A DNA stretch of 64,000 nucleotides, from the IMG/VR virus record IMGVR_UViG_3300033149_006345, positions 12,592 through 76,591 of that record; one strand, written 5' to 3'. The DNA comes from a virus. Made by a program: the position numbers and the translations under genes. Shown here in pieces: positions 45,742 through 56,680 of this stretch; the first letter of the stretch is position 1; each line of letters opens with the position of its first letter. The notes beneath the pieces were generated by a model, which worked only from the letters and a program-made list of their open reading frames with translations, ran no database searches and had not been told where the DNA came from.

Positions 45742-46323
45742 ATGGCAAAGTTTCCTGAAGCTGATACCATAGATTTTGTAGCACCTTTGACGATTGTTAC
45801 TAGGTATTCGACTGTAGTCAGTCAGCTTCCTGGTGGAACGGAGAAGAGACGAGCTAAATTCACCTATCCGCTGTATGATTTGCAGGTGAAATACGATACT
45901 CTTTCTTTAGCTACTGCTAGAACCCTTTGGCAGTTTTATAAGGATAGGTATGGTGCTCTTCAGAGCTTTTATTTCTATAATCCTGCAACGGATTCTTATG
46001 AGGGAGAATATTGTGGGACTGGCAATGGTTCAGCTTTAACTTTTGACATTCCTGGAAAGAATACTTCTTCTCAATCAGTATATGTTAATGGTGTATTGAA
46101 GACCGAGGGAGTTCATTATAATATCGAGACCGGTTCCGGTGCTGAAGGTGCCGACAGGATTGTTTTTACGGCTGGTAATGCTCCAGCATCGGGCAATGTG
46201 GTAACTGTAGATTTCACAGGTAACTACAGGTATAAAGTGCGTTTTGCTGAAGACAAATATACCTTCAGCCAATTTTATAGAGCTTTGGTTTCTGTTGGTA
46301 TAGCTTTGGTGGGTGTGCGATGA
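45742..46323 (+). CDS. Distal tail protein (DUF2460-like)
   Basis: GGTEKRR, FYKDRYGALQSF, GTGNG, VRF.ED. Confidence 0.8.
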   Translation: MAKFPEADTIDFVAPLTIVTRYSTVVSQLPGGTEKRRAKFTYPLYDLQVKYDTLSLATARTLWQFYKDRYGALQSFYFYNPATDSYEGEYCGTGNGSALTFDIPGKNTSSQSVYVNGVLKTEGVHYNIETGSGAEGADRIVFTAGNAPASGNVVTVDFTGNYRYKVRFAEDKYTFSQFYRALVSVGIALVGVR

Positions 46324-46940
46324 GATCTTGGCCATCTTCTTTCATAAATGAACTGCGAGCAGAGGTTAGTCGTGTTTTTGTCTTGGCAAGATTTTCATTT
46401 ACCTCTGTTTACAGGGTAACGGATGCGGATAGACCTCTCTATTATAATGGGGAGGAATACACCCCTTTGGCGATGTCCGTGTCTGATGTAACCTATACCC
46501 AAGAGTCACTTTTGGAATCGGTTACTTTGGAACTGGATAATGCTTCTTTGGAGCAAGTTCCTCGTTTTAATTCAGAAGATGTAAATGGAACCCAAGTTAT
46601 CATCTATATGCAGGCTCTAAATTCAAGCGGCTCAGCAATTGCAACTGTAACTTTGTTTGTTGGCTATATCGATGGTTGGTCTTTGGATGAAACTAGAGTT
46701 TCTGTTAGACTCAGGTCAGAAGCTTCTCGTTTTGACCAAATGACGCTTCCAAGATATACTCCATCTTGTCGGTGGGTGTTTAAGAGTAGCAGGTGTGGTT
46801 ATTCTGGGGGTGCCTCTTGGTGCGATCATAGTTATACCAGATGCAAAGCATTGAATAATGAAATAAACTTTATGGGTTTTCCTGAATTGACTGATTTGGA
46901 GACTGTGGACATCTGGTGGGGTAGGCAACGTGGAGAGTAG
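46320..46940 (+). CDS. Tail tip/hub protein (DUF2163 or lambda gpL-like)
   Basis: C-terminal CRW..CGY..CDHS..C..N..NFMGFP. Confidence 0.8.
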   Translation: MRSWPSSFINELRAEVSRVFVLARFSFTSVYRVTDADRPLYYNGEEYTPLAMSVSDVTYTQESLLESVTLELDNASLEQVPRFNSEDVNGTQVIIYMQALNSSGSAIATVTLFVGYIDGWSLDETRVSVRLRSEASRFDQMTLPRYTPSCRWVFKSSRCGYSGGASWCDHSYTRCKALNNEINFMGFPELTDLETVDIWWGRQRGE

Positions 46941-47385
46941 AGCAAGAATTATAGATTCTATGTTAGAGATTCCATATAAACTTGGTAGTTGGAATCCAGA
47001 GGAGGGATTGGACTGTTTTACTTTTCTGGTTGAATACGGTCGTCGCTGTGGTATAATTGAGTTAGGGGATGCGGAATACCGTATCAAATATGCTGCTAGT
47101 AAAGGTTTAGATCTGTCTAAGTATCCCTACTACTTTAAGCATAAGACATCTTTTGCAATGGAAGTTTTTAGATCGTTTGTACAGGATTATACTGAGGAAG
47201 TCGGACTAAAGAATATAGAGTGTGGTGATATTATTGTTGCAGGCTACTCTGGGCCGGACTTTGATTTCTATTTTTTGATCTACGGTGGCAACTCGGTTTG
47301 TTTTGGTATGTTTGAAGAGGGCGTCACAGCAATCAATATGTCAATGGTGGATGTTAGAGAGGTAAGGCGATGGGTGGTACCGTAG
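46930..47385 (+). CDS. NlpC/P60-like tail tip assembly protein
   Basis: PYKLG..GLDC; GDII; catalytic His not evident. Confidence 0.7.
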   Translation: MESRARIIDSMLEIPYKLGSWNPEEGLDCFTFLVEYGRRCGIIELGDAEYRIKYAASKGLDLSKYPYYFKHKTSFAMEVFRSFVQDYTEEVGLKNIECGDIIVAGYSGPDFDFYFLIYGGNSVCFGMFEEGVTAINMSMVDVREVRRWVVP

Positions 47386-50300
47386 AGAAAGTAGTTGAAC
47401 CTATCACTAAAATAGTCGAGCCTGTTGTAGAAGTTGTTAGTGAAGTATTAGAGCCTGTTACAGAAGTCGTTAGCGATGTGTTTGGGACTGATGCTGGTGT
47501 GCTGTTATCTGGAGCTGCTCTTGGTTTTTCTGTTTTTACTGCTTTTGTTGATACGCCCATAAAAGCATTTACTTGGAAATTGTGGGCTGGGGCTGCGGGA
47601 GCGGCTGTTGCTGGTGCTGCTGTTACATATGGTATGTATAAAGGGATGTCGGACATTGCTGATGTTCGAGGAATGGATTCATCCGCTTTTATAGCAGAAC
47701 AAAAAGGAATAAAAGCAAACTTACGTGGCTCGCAAGCTGTAATTCCTATTGTTTATGGTACCCAACGTGTTGGTGGCAATCTCTTGTTTGTTGGTACCTC
47801 TGGGGAAAACAATAAATATTTGTGGTTGGTATATGGTCTTTGTCATGGTGAAATAGAGGGCTTTGCCCAAGAGGGTGGTACGGATGCTCTCTATTTAGAC
47901 GACAAATTGTATACCGAATATGGTGGAAAGGTTTCCTATTGGTTGTACAGAGGAACTTCTAATCAAGGGGTAGATACTCATTTATCTAGTGTTTTCTCTT
48001 CATGGGATAGAGCCTATCGTGGTTTGGCTTATATTGTTATTCGGCTGGAATATGATGAAAAATATTTTACACATATACCTACGGTCAACTGTGTCATAAA
48101 GGGGCGCAAATTATATGACCCTAGAAATGGTACAACAGGCTATAGTGAAAATGCAGCATTGGCTTTATGGGATTTTCTTACTAATAATTTATACGGGCCG
48201 AATCTGGATTCTTCTCGTCTTGATGCTACCTCCTTTGGGAATACTGCAACTTACTTTGAGACTACGAAAGGTTGGTCCTTCAATAGAACTTATATAGGAG
48301 AACGTAGTGTAAAAGAAATTATTGATGATATGTTGTTCCATATGCGGGGCTATCTGGTTTGGGGTACGGATAGGAAATATTACCTCCGTTATATGGATCT
48401 CAATTATGAATCAAGTGTGATGTCTCTTTCGGATGAGGAAAATATTGTTGATGGTTCTCACAGCGTCTCTGATAGCGGTCGGTCTTCTTATTATAATAGT
48501 GCCAAGGTTAATTGGGTTGATGCTGGGAGAAACTATACCTCGGATGCCTTCTACATAACCGAAAGCTCTGTGACTAATGAAGGGGATAGGGTTACCTTAA
48601 ATGTTGATCTTCCCGGCTGTATAGACAAAGAAATGGCCAGGGAATTGGGGACATACTACCTGGAGGTCTCTAGGCTAACTAGAACATATAGTATTACTTG
48701 CCTGGATGAAGCTGCCAAATTAGAACCTGGTGATATTGTAACTGTAACCACGGATGTGTTTGGTTGGAACAATCGGCTTTGCCGAGTAATAAACTCCTCA
48801 ATAAAACCCAATGGCGAAGTGGCCCTTACTTTGAGGGAGGAAAGTACGAATCTATACGATGCGGATTTGGATTATTCGACTGATTCTGGTCCGTATATTA
48901 CTCCGCCAGATCCGATAGCATTGTCTGCGGTGACAAATGTTAGTGTCGTGGAACAAACAGCCCAGCGTGGAGATGGTTCTTTTAATGTCAGTCTGCGGGT
49001 TACCTTTACCGCCCCTTCGGACATATATTGGGAGTATGGTGAAATATGGCTTAGTACTGATGATGTAAACTATCGCTATATTGGTAATGCTTATGGAAAT
49101 CCGGGTTCTACTGTGATTTATGATATATCGGCGGAGCAGGCATTAGTTACCCCCAATGATATTGCCTATGTTAAAATATTATCGCATAATATGAATGGTC
49201 CTACCCAGGAACTTGGGGATGTCCCTGCTTACAGTACAAGTGGAACTATTTCTTATCCAATCTATCTATACGCTTTAGGTAGTGGAACTCCTGATAATAA
49301 TCCAAATAATGGTATTGTTTGGCAGGCGGGTGACACACCAGGTGTAACTGTTTACGAAGGTGCCAATCTTAGGGTCAGATTGGGGTACCTTGCTGATGAT
49401 ATATATGGTCTTCTTGGATATGCTGGAGACGGGACCACTCGTATATTTGAATTGTCTAATAATCAACAAATGATAGCCGGGTGGACATTTGATAACGAGA
49501 AGTTTACATCACCATCTGGAAGTTTTACCATTGATTCTACTGTTCCATCTTTATATATGGGCAACGCCACAGACTACATGACCGGCACCGGTATATGGAT
49601 GGGCAATGACGGCGGTACGTATAAGGCCCACATGGGTGATCCATCAGGGGATCATTTGAAGTGGGATGGATCGAACCTATACGTTACAGGGTACTTTGTC
49701 GGTAGTAGCGATATTGATACTACTATTTCTGACACCTTCACCATAAATGCTGACCGTGACGACGTAACCACCAGCTTGGTGCTGGGCAGAACCACAGGTG
49801 GCGACGCTACGATAAGTTGGGATGGCAGTGAGCTGACGACTGATATCAATGTAGATGTTGACGGTAGTCTGGATCAGATCGCCACCAAAGAGTACGTGGA
49901 TTATTCCGTAACCAGCCTCGGAGCGTCGTACTATATGCTGGATACAGCCTCCGGCGTCAGCGATTATAAGCTGTGTTCGCTTACTCCATCTTCCGATGCA
50001 GAAACATATCTGGAAGCATCTGGTTTGGCAGATGGTGATTATATCGGTGGCTGGATTTCCCCTGATGGGGAAGCTCCAAATGTACTGCTGACGGGTACAT
50101 TCAACTTCTATCTCGTTGCTGAAAAGACCACAGGTACAAAGACTCTGAAGTTGTACTGGAAGATGTACGAGAGGAAGTCGGATACGACTGAAGTGTTGAT
50201 CGGCACCTCTTCCACCAGCATAGAGGTAACCAACAGCAAGGATGCTTTTGTTATCCCTTTGACGCTTACCTCTGATTATATACCAGACAGCCTTTCAAGG

Positions 50301-53276
50301 ATTGTGGGTAAGATATACGCTTCCGTGACTGGTAGTGGCAATGCGCCTACGGTGCGAATTTATTACCGTGGCGATACCGGATCACGGTGGGATATACCTG
50401 CCAATAGCGAAGTTTTCAAGAATATCTTCGTGCCGTACAGCGGTGCGGTGCAAGATGTGGATTTAGGAAGTTACGATATAAAGGCGACGATGGCTGAGTT
50501 TACTGGTTTGGCCGCTGGTTCCGCCACCATATCCGGCAATGTGGATATAACCAGCGGTGGTGATCTCACAGTTGGCTCCAACATATTCTTCGTCGATGCC
50601 TCACAGAGCAACGTGGGTATAAACTGTGCCCCTGACGCTCAGTTTGACTTGGACGTAGCTGGCAACTTGCGTGCCCAGGGTTGGATAGTTGGCAAGCATG
50701 CCATTCAGCTATCTGGGGCATTGATGATATGTCATTTTGATGGCCCTGAGCCGTATGAAACGGATTACACTGGTAACCCCACAGGGCATATGGGTCAGGT
50801 AGCAACTGTGAGCGGTGGTGTGATATACCGACCTGGGAAGTTTGGAAAGGCGGTGCAGATTGCTGAGGCGACGACTAATTATATTGGCAACCCACAAGCG
50901 GAAAATGACCTTGGGTGGTGGGAGACTGTAGATACTGGCGTTACTCGAAGCACAGACAGACCATATATCGGCTCTGCATGTTTCCGATTTGAAGATGATG
51001 GAACAGACTATGTTAATTTAGTTTCTCCAACAATCTCGACTAGTGGTGAACAAGACTGGACATTTTCATTATGGTATCGAGTAGATAATGGGGATTGGCA
51101 ACAGTTTACTCGTTCGGTTACTACTTCAACTGGAGCAACATGGATCAAATTTAATATTTACCGAGCGCAAAGTAATGGTAATCTAGCTTTACGGGTTGAC
51201 GACTCAAACGGCAGACTGATTGAGGTTGCAATTGCTACTGGTGGCACTTACTACTATGTGGATGCATGCCAAGCTGAGCAGAAAGCATACCCTACACCAT
51301 ATTGTTGTGGTGATTTGGGTGATGGTCATAGCTGGAGCGGTACTCCCCATGCGAGCACTAGCAGTAGGACTCAAGGATTACTTTATTACGACAATGTGGG
51401 TTTGTCCGAAGATAATGACTGGACCGTCATGCTATGGGCCAAGCCAGGACCAAAGGGGGTTAATGGCGAATCGGTAAGAGAATACATTTTTGACGTTGGA
51501 ACATATTATGAAGACAACAAAGCAGATGTTGGGTGGTTGCATGATAATGACCTTAGTGCAAGACGATATTTTGTAAAGGGCTATGTAAACAAAACACGAT
51601 TTAATACTTCAATAATAACACTTTCTGAAACGGATGCTGATGATTGGTGTTTATGGATAATCCGCTTTGATGCTTCTGAGGGGAAAGTATATGGTGATGT
51701 TTATGCTGCTGCAACGGGTACAAGATATAATACTGGTAGTGCTAACACAACTCTTGCGGGATTAGTAGATCGTATTTGGGTCGGAAATTATAGTTGGTAT
51801 TACACTACGAACGTCAATAAGGGTGATCTTAACTCTTACGCCGATGACCTAATAGTCGCTGACCGTTTCGTTGATGATGATGAGCTTCAGTCTATTTTCG
51901 AATCCAACGCCCCCGTATTCGCCGAAACATCAACTTGGCATTGGCGCTCGGCCAACAACTTAGTATGGGCAGACAGCGAAGGGCTGTGGGCACGTGATGA
52001 AGATGGCTATGCTTCCCTGGCGTGGTGTGGTGTTGACAGCAAAAGCTGGGGTGCCAAGACCCTAGACAAAGGCGACTTCCTGCTTGGCCGTGCTGATACC
52101 GGCAAGGCGTGGATGATGTGGGATAACAGCGCTGGGGATATATTGGCAGGGTATGGTGCTACTACATTCCTTACGCTTGATGGTGCAGGAACCATTGCTG
52201 TCGGTAGCACCAGCGCAGAGCATGTTTACGTCACCTCATCGGCAGTGCAGATCAAATATGGCGATACGGTATATACCAGTCTAAGCGGTGGCTATTTGAC
52301 TCTTGGCAACAGCTCCGGTGGCGAATACGTGACCATAGGTAGCACTGGTGGTATCAAAATGTACTCTGGTGCCGAGCAACGAATGGCTTTGAATGTAGAT
52401 GGCAGCGGATGGTTTGTTGACTCGGATGTTTTCACTTGGGATACGAACGGAAACCTCACCGTCTCTGGCAATATTTCCTCGTCTTCTATAACGAGTTGCA
52501 CCATCGACGGTTCTATTATTACTGGTGGTACATTCAGAACGGCGACTTCAGGCAAGAGGATTGTTATTACTTCCGATGGGCTTACCCTTGATACTGGAGC
52601 TACGACCGGGAAATATGGCACTTTCAAGTATGGTGACGGCACCAAGTATGGCTCTGGAGCTTTGGCTTTTATTCACCATAGTGCTTATGATGTGCCTTTT
52701 TATATTGCTGCCGAGCAGAACGTAGCGGACTTTCATTTTTATAACAGGTCTTCATGGCCATCTGGCCCCGCCGAGATAGGTGATGTTGCGGTTAAGAATG
52801 GAATGCTAGGGATTTGTACTGCTGCTGGTAATCCTGGCACTTGGCGATCAATAGGTTGTGATTCAATTGCTAGGGCACGTAATACTGATGGTGGTACCGC
52901 CGCATGGCCAGATAGCACGCCGACGCCAGGCATTTATAATGATGAAACTTTCGATCTCCAAAGCGAATTTGATACATCAACAAAAAGGTTTACTGCCAAC
53001 TCTGATGGGAAATATTTGGTTATAGCTCAAAGTGCGGGCTATAGTGTAGCTAATACGAGAATACGGGCTGATATATATAAAAATGGTTCGAGTCATTCGA
53101 ATTGGGAGGGGGCTTACGGTGGTAGTTTTGGTTATGCACGTATGCGAATTATAGATGTAGTAGAGTTGGCGGCTAACGATTATGTTGAGGCACGTTTCTT
53201 TCAATATACTGGATCAAGTCAAACAATAGGAAATCCTTATAATGCGGAATTTTTTGTCGTAGTAAAACTAGCTTAG
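47370..53276 (+). CDS. Central tail fibre / host-specificity protein (gpJ-like) with LamG-like and C1q-like distal domains
   Basis: IPIVYG..VGG, GLAY, KGRKLYDPR, LEPGDIV; GKFGKAV..TTN; C-terminal ETFD..EFD..FTA..GKYL..L...DYVE. Confidence 0.85.
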   Translation: MGGTVEKVVEPITKIVEPVVEVVSEVLEPVTEVVSDVFGTDAGVLLSGAALGFSVFTAFVDTPIKAFTWKLWAGAAGAAVAGAAVTYGMYKGMSDIADVRGMDSSAFIAEQKGIKANLRGSQAVIPIVYGTQRVGGNLLFVGTSGENNKYLWLVYGLCHGEIEGFAQEGGTDALYLDDKLYTEYGGKVSYWLYRGTSNQGVDTHLSSVFSSWDRAYRGLAYIVIRLEYDEKYFTHIPTVNCVIKGRKLYDPRNGTTGYSENAALALWDFLTNNLYGPNLDSSRLDATSFGNTATYFETTKGWSFNRTYIGERSVKEIIDDMLFHMRGYLVWGTDRKYYLRYMDLNYESSVMSLSDEENIVDGSHSVSDSGRSSYYNSAKVNWVDAGRNYTSDAFYITESSVTNEGDRVTLNVDLPGCIDKEMARELGTYYLEVSRLTRTYSITCLDEAAKLEPGDIVTVTTDVFGWNNRLCRVINSSIKPNGEVALTLREESTNLYDADLDYSTDSGPYITPPDPIALSAVTNVSVVEQTAQRGDGSFNVSLRVTFTAPSDIYWEYGEIWLSTDDVNYRYIGNAYGNPGSTVIYDISAEQALVTPNDIAYVKILSHNMNGPTQELGDVPAYSTSGTISYPIYLYALGSGTPDNNPNNGIVWQAGDTPGVTVYEGANLRVRLGYLADDIYGLLGYAGDGTTRIFELSNNQQMIAGWTFDNEKFTSPSGSFTIDSTVPSLYMGNATDYMTGTGIWMGNDGGTYKAHMGDPSGDHLKWDGSNLYVTGYFVGSSDIDTTISDTFTINADRDDVTTSLVLGRTTGGDATISWDGSELTTDINVDVDGSLDQIATKEYVDYSVTSLGASYYMLDTASGVSDYKLCSLTPSSDAETYLEASGLADGDYIGGWISPDGEAPNVLLTGTFNFYLVAEKTTGTKTLKLYWKMYERKSDTTEVLIGTSSTSIEVTNSKDAFVIPLTLTSDYIPDSLSRIVGKIYASVTGSGNAPTVRIYYRGDTGSRWDIPANSEVFKNIFVPYSGAVQDVDLGSYDIKATMAEFTGLAAGSATISGNVDITSGGDLTVGSNIFFVDASQSNVGINCAPDAQFDLDVAGNLRAQGWIVGKHAIQLSGALMICHFDGPEPYETDYTGNPTGHMGQVATVSGGVIYRPGKFGKAVQIAEATTNYIGNPQAENDLGWWETVDTGVTRSTDRPYIGSACFRFEDDGTDYVNLVSPTISTSGEQDWTFSLWYRVDNGDWQQFTRSVTTSTGATWIKFNIYRAQSNGNLALRVDDSNGRLIEVAIATGGTYYYVDACQAEQKAYPTPYCCGDLGDGHSWSGTPHASTSSRTQGLLYYDNVGLSEDNDWTVMLWAKPGPKGVNGESVREYIFDVGTYYEDNKADVGWLHDNDLSARRYFVKGYVNKTRFNTSIITLSETDADDWCLWIIRFDASEGKVYGDVYAAATGTRYNTGSANTTLAGLVDRIWVGNYSWYYTTNVNKGDLNSYADDLIVADRFVDDDELQSIFESNAPVFAETSTWHWRSANNLVWADSEGLWARDEDGYASLAWCGVDSKSWGAKTLDKGDFLLGRADTGKAWMMWDNSAGDILAGYGATTFLTLDGAGTIAVGSTSAEHVYVTSSAVQIKYGDTVYTSLSGGYLTLGNSSGGEYVTIGSTGGIKMYSGAEQRMALNVDGSGWFVDSDVFTWDTNGNLTVSGNISSSSITSCTIDGSIITGGTFRTATSGKRIVITSDGLTLDTGATTGKYGTFKYGDGTKYGSGALAFIHHSAYDVPFYIAAEQNVADFHFYNRSSWPSGPAEIGDVAVKNGMLGICTAAGNPGTWRSIGCDSIARARNTDGGTAAWPDSTPTPGIYNDETFDLQSEFDTSTKRFTANSDGKYLVIAQSAGYSVANTRIRADIYKNGSSHSNWEGAYGGSFGYARMRIIDVVELAANDYVEARFFQYTGSSQTIGNPYNAEFFVVVKLA

Positions 53277-53294
53277 CAGGAGGAGGGGAAATTT

Positions 53295-53675
53295 ATGGCT
53301 CTGAAAGACAATCTATCACCAGAGATACTTCAAAAGATTGAGGACATTATTTTAGCGATTGGTGGAGATTCCGGCAAAAAGGCTTTTGACCACGTTGCTT
53401 TTGATTGTGTGGAATGGGTAGTCAATGCAATTTATCAAAGGATTCGACGGGCAAAGGATGAAGTGGTAGAAAAGGCATTTGATCCTAACAATAACGAAGT
53501 GGTGGTAGCTGAAGACGATTTGGCTACAATTGAAGAGTTACCACGTGTTGTCAATGTTAAGACATTAGCTCCAGCGACAAAGGACGCCATAGTTCGAAAA
53601 GCTATTGTCAAAACCGCAAAGGAAATAAACGATGAGCGTGAACTGGAGCTGAGTCAAGAAGTTCGAAAAGTTTAG
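53295..53675 (+). CDS. Hypothetical protein
   Basis: Strong RBS; follows the fibre gene. Confidence 0.7.
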   Translation: MALKDNLSPEILQKIEDIILAIGGDSGKKAFDHVAFDCVEWVVNAIYQRIRRAKDEVVEKAFDPNNNEVVVAEDDLATIEELPRVVNVKTLAPATKDAIVRKAIVKTAKEINDERELELSQEVRKV

Positions 53676-53693
53676 ATAAGGGGGTGATATAGA

Positions 53694-54281
53694 ATGGCTA
53701 TTAACTATCCTACTAGCTTAGATAGTTTTACAAACAAAACCGACAACGTTGATAACGTGATGGCTGTGGATATCAATGATGTCCAGGATGCCATTGAAGC
53801 ATTGGAGGCAAAGGTTGGAATAGACGGTTCTGCTGATGACACGTCGATTGATTATAAGGTCAACAACTTTTTTGTGGAGAATGTGCGAAAGCTGTGGTTT
53901 TACGAGAATAGTGCCCCGACTGGCTGGACTTATGAAAGTTCAATTACCGACAAGGTACTTGCGGTAAAGGGTGGGTCGCAAGCATACAATCGTACTGGTG
54001 GCAGTACTGGGGGAACGTGGACTGTTGGTGGGTTGAGCCTTGGTAGCGAAAGTGGCCACACACACACTGTAACTATTCCGGCTAGTGGATGGTCAACGGT
54101 TTGGCGTGATGCTGGTGGTTATATAGATGCAATGGCTGAGGAAGATGGTGCTGATAATACAATGGACACAAGGGTATTAACAACAAGCGGTGGGTCTTCG
54201 CATAGCCACTCCATTTCCCAGAATGCAACTTGGCGACCTTCTGCTGCTGTGGGAATTATCGCCAAGTACACCGGAGCCTAA
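53694..54281 (+). CDS. Short tail fibre/collar-like structural protein
   Basis: MAINYPTSLD..INDVQDAIEALEAKVG, APTGWT, HTH and HSH motifs. Confidence 0.7.
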   Translation: MAINYPTSLDSFTNKTDNVDNVMAVDINDVQDAIEALEAKVGIDGSADDTSIDYKVNNFFVENVRKLWFYENSAPTGWTYESSITDKVLAVKGGSQAYNRTGGSTGGTWTVGGLSLGSESGHTHTVTIPASGWSTVWRDAGGYIDAMAEEDGADNTMDTRVLTTSGGSSHSHSISQNATWRPSAAVGIIAKYTGA

Positions 54282-54293
54282 GGAGAGATAGTT

Positions 54294-54647
54294 ATGCTTT
54301 GTGATGGACAATGCACGAAGAAAAATAAGCGTTGCGGACTGTTGGCAGAGCTCTGGATGGAGAATGCTATTACGAAGGAAAAAGAGAAAGTAGATAAATG
54401 CATCTTTTTGGCTATTTTAGAAAGTCTTTTCCGGCTGGAAAGACACCAAGATGGGCTGCATGCTGCCTTCAACAGTCTGCGGAACGAAAATGTAAAATCC
54501 GCTCGGGAGCAGAAGCAAACGATTGCCGAGGGGTTCCTGGGGCTTATCTATTCAATGCACGAGGATGATGAACATAGAGAGAAAGTGATTAAGAAGATAA
54601 AGAACCTTGGGAGTCGAGTGGAAAAAGTTGATATGTTGGAGAACTAA
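54294..54647 (+). CDS. Hypothetical Cys-containing protein (possible fibre chaperone)
   Basis: AAGGAG RBS; follows the fibre-like gene. Confidence 0.6.
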   Translation: MLCDGQCTKKNKRCGLLAELWMENAITKEKEKVDKCIFLAILESLFRLERHQDGLHAAFNSLRNENVKSAREQKQTIAEGFLGLIYSMHEDDEHREKVIKKIKNLGSRVEKVDMLEN

Positions 54648-54669
54648 TTTATTAGTTAGGAGGCGTCTT

Positions 54670-54990
54670 ATGACCAAGGTAGAAGTTGCGATTTGGGTGG
54701 GTGCAGTAGTTGCGGTAATTATCCAATTGCTTGACATTTACACCACGCATTGGATCATTGCTCATGGTGGCTACGAAAAAGCACCATTGATGAAGGCGTT
54801 GATGAAGAGGTTTGGGTTGATTCCAGCATTATATGGCTTCAAGTTGCTGTTGTGTGCTGTGGTGGTGTTTGCGACATATAAACTATTGCCGGAGTATGAT
54901 TATTACCTATATGGCAGCTTGCCAATTCTTATTGCGATAAGCCTAAAGCCTGTAGTGCATAATTTTAAGGTTATGAAAAGGATGAGATAG
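54670..54990 (+). CDS. Membrane protein (DUF5658-like) in the lysis region
   Basis: LLDIYTT..GGYE..PLM, several TM helices, HN. Confidence 0.7.
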   Translation: MTKVEVAIWVGAVVAVIIQLLDIYTTHWIIAHGGYEKAPLMKALMKRFGLIPALYGFKLLLCAVVVFATYKLLPEYDYYLYGSLPILIAISLKPVVHNFKVMKRMR

Positions 54991-54994
54991 AACA

Positions 54995-55429
54995 ATGTAC
55001 AGGCCGAAGTATTTTGATATTGAAGAATTGGTTCCCCAGGACTTGCTTTTGGAATATGCTGGCAGGGAACATTATTTATGGTACCTGTTCGACAATAGGG
55101 TACTGGTTACTGCTGATAGGTTGAGGGCTAGATATGGAAAGATAAACGTGAATACCTGGAAATGGGGTGGGGCTTCGCAATATCGGGGTTTTCGGCCACC
55201 AAACTGCAATGTTGGTGCTAAGCTCAGCCAGCATAGGTTTGGCAGAGCCTTGGATTTGATCTTTATTGAGGTTTCACCGGATATTGTGCGATTGGAATTG
55301 AAGAAGGACCCTTTTCGACATGAGTTCGAGTTCATAACGGCGATAGAAGATAATATCAGTTGGTTTCATTTTGACACCAGGAATTGGAACAAGGCTAAAA
55401 ATGGTGTTTTAGTATTCAATCCAACATAG
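54995..55429 (+). CDS. Endolysin, peptidase M15 family
   Basis: RGFR, SQHRFGRALD, WFHFD zinc ligands. Confidence 0.85.
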   Translation: MYRPKYFDIEELVPQDLLLEYAGREHYLWYLFDNRVLVTADRLRARYGKINVNTWKWGGASQYRGFRPPNCNVGAKLSQHRFGRALDLIFIEVSPDIVRLELKKDPFRHEFEFITAIEDNISWFHFDTRNWNKAKNGVLVFNPT

Positions 55430-55437
55430 GAGGAAAT

Positions 55438-56034
55438 ATGCTACCTGTACTAATGTCAGCTCTTCCCCTACTGGCTAAGATACCTGATGCTGTAAAAGCG
55501 GTCAGTGATCTTATTGGGGGGGATACTGCTGAAAAGATAAGCAAGGGTGCCGATTTTGTCGCTACTATAAGGGATGAAATAACCAAACCTGATTTTCCAC
55601 CGGAGAGAATGCAGGGTTTGATGAAGATTTTGGCTGATTACTATATTGAAATAGAGAGAATGAAGCATGAGGAAAGGGGGTGGGAATGGCAACATGAAGC
55701 TAAGTTACAAGAAACGGCTCAGGTAATGCTCCAACAGGCTGATTTGTACACAAAGAGAACCAGACCTACCATTTTGAGGAACCATTTTACTCTCGTATGT
55801 GCTCATACTCTTATCTTGCTGTTGTTTATCGCCTGTCGTGGTGCTGGGTGGTTGCAGCTCGATAAGGAATTGCTTGAGCAGGCTTACGAGATGTACAGAG
55901 CAAATCTGATTTTCTTTGCGGCCAACTTTGGTGGATATACCGCTGTCAGGTCTATTTGGGATAAACGAGCGAAGGATGCACCTGGGCCAATAGAGAAGTT
56001 GGCTGGTACTTTGTGGGGCAGAAAACTGTTCTAG
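55438..56034 (+). CDS. Putative holin (3TM-holin-like)
   Basis: DLYTKRTRP followed by TM helices, GYTAVRS.DK; adjacent to the endolysin. Confidence 0.7.
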   Translation: MLPVLMSALPLLAKIPDAVKAVSDLIGGDTAEKISKGADFVATIRDEITKPDFPPERMQGLMKILADYYIEIERMKHEERGWEWQHEAKLQETAQVMLQQADLYTKRTRPTILRNHFTLVCAHTLILLLFIACRGAGWLQLDKELLEQAYEMYRANLIFFAANFGGYTAVRSIWDKRAKDAPGPIEKLAGTLWGRKLF

Positions 56035-56052
56035 AAAGAAAGGAGAGCAAAG

Positions 56053-56625
56053 ATGAAAGTGAAGAACAAGACCATTATCAACTTTATGAACAGCATTGGT
56101 TTGCAAAAGCTGGTCAGGGCCAATATACCCGTTGGTTTGCGCTATGCTTTGGCGGTTGTAGTGAAAGAGGCGTCGGAAAAAACAGATATGATTATGAGGC
56201 AGAAACAGAAGGTCTTGGAGGAATATTGTGCGAAGGATAAAGATGGAAATCCCATTACGGAAAAGAGAGACGCTGCTGGCGGTGGAACCACCACTATCTA
56301 TATGTTCAGAAAGGAGAGGGATGGCGAAGGGGATATTTTGACTCAGGAGATGCCACCCGAATGTCAGGAAGAACTGGATGAATTGATGGAGCAGGAAACT
56401 TTGATGCACAATATTCCCGTCGAGCTTGATTTGGCTGCTCTTGACAAATATCAAGAAGAGAAGAAGGTAACCGGTTTTCATCTCACTTCCGAGGATATTA
56501 TTGGGTTGCTCAATTGCGATCCTATTATAAAGGTGAATTTTAACGACGGTACGGAAAAGAGGGAAGAGACAAATGAGGAAGATGCCAAGAAAAAGAAGGT
56601 AAGAAAGCTACGCAAGAAGAAATAG
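56053..56625 (+). CDS. Hypothetical acidic protein
   Basis: AAGGAG RBS; EEYCAKDKDGNP motif seen in phage late proteins. Confidence 0.7.
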   Translation: MKVKNKTIINFMNSIGLQKLVRANIPVGLRYALAVVVKEASEKTDMIMRQKQKVLEEYCAKDKDGNPITEKRDAAGGGTTTIYMFRKERDGEGDILTQEMPPECQEELDELMEQETLMHNIPVELDLAALDKYQEEKKVTGFHLTSEDIIGLLNCDPIIKVNFNDGTEKREETNEEDAKKKKVRKLRKKK

Positions 56626-56680
56626 AAAATGATTGGTAGCCGGAAACCTACGGGGCACCGTGGGAGAAGGGAAGGGACAA

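Noticed and set aside
47370-54281. Diversity-generating retroelement or invertible fibre cassette
   Set aside because: No reverse transcriptase, invertase or template/variable repeat pair seen in the window.
55705-56481. 258-aa antisense ORF
   Set aside because: Opposite the holin-like and downstream genes; no motif.
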